A stretch of DNA of 63,393 bases, counting the filler, from Octopus bimaculoides (Eukaryota), in NCBI RefSeq assembly GCF_001194135.2. It is 6 parts of 6 records of this genome, joined end to end, with 100 filler letters (N's around TTAATTAATTAA, not from the genome) between each part and the next. Parts side by side here need not be neighbours in the genome. Positions count along the whole stretch, not along the records: positions 61,291 to 63,393 come from NC_069006.1; 5 more parts are not named here. One strand, written 5' to 3'. The stretch's first letter is position 1; every line of letters begins with the position of its first letter. The position numbers and the translations under genes are program-made. The notes under the pieces are model-generated. The model did not search any database. It worked only from the letters and a program-made list of their open reading frames with translations, and was not told where the DNA came from. This document shows, in pieces, positions 63,391-63,393 of this stretch.

Positions 63391-63393
63391 AGT

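Noticed and set aside
558-63391. Long ORFs rich in HT, YI, CV, MYVC, ER, LS or poly-M/V/X
   Set aside because: Translations of di-, tri- and tetranucleotide microsatellites or of N gaps; no coding evidence.
1-63393. CRISPR arrays, rRNA genes, prokaryotic operons
   Set aside because: No repeat-spacer periodicity with unique spacers and no rRNA-like sequence; the architecture is eukaryotic intergenic/intronic.

Overview
Repeat-saturated, AT-rich eukaryotic (animal) genomic DNA with about 20 N-gaps. The microsatellite load and SINE families look like an Octopus/coleoid assembly; this is inferred from recognition, not from a search. Most ORFs in the supplied track are microsatellite or gap read-throughs. 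One credible host gene is present: a type II membrane LicD/fukutin-family nucleotidyltransferase (+ strand, coding exons about 56033-56462 and 60533-61152, ~349 aa). Its 4-kb intron holds a diverged 21-bp tandem array split by an ORF1-only Tx1/L1-like element. The rest is transposon debris: RTE LINEs, R4/Dong-type RLE LINE fragments, a Tx1/L1 RT fragment, two Penelope-like element (PLE) relics (6.9-7.6 kb and 41.5-44.1 kb), several SINE families, mariner MITEs and piggyBac-type MITEs. The most striking unannotated signal is a set of minimal type I hammerhead ribozyme motifs (38935-38979 -, 39600-39644 +, 45599-45643 +, long-stem form 39970-40065 -, decayed 61740-61784 +) plus several half-sites. 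They cluster in three back-to-back inverted-repeat pairs just upstream of, and one unit just downstream of, the large PLE.
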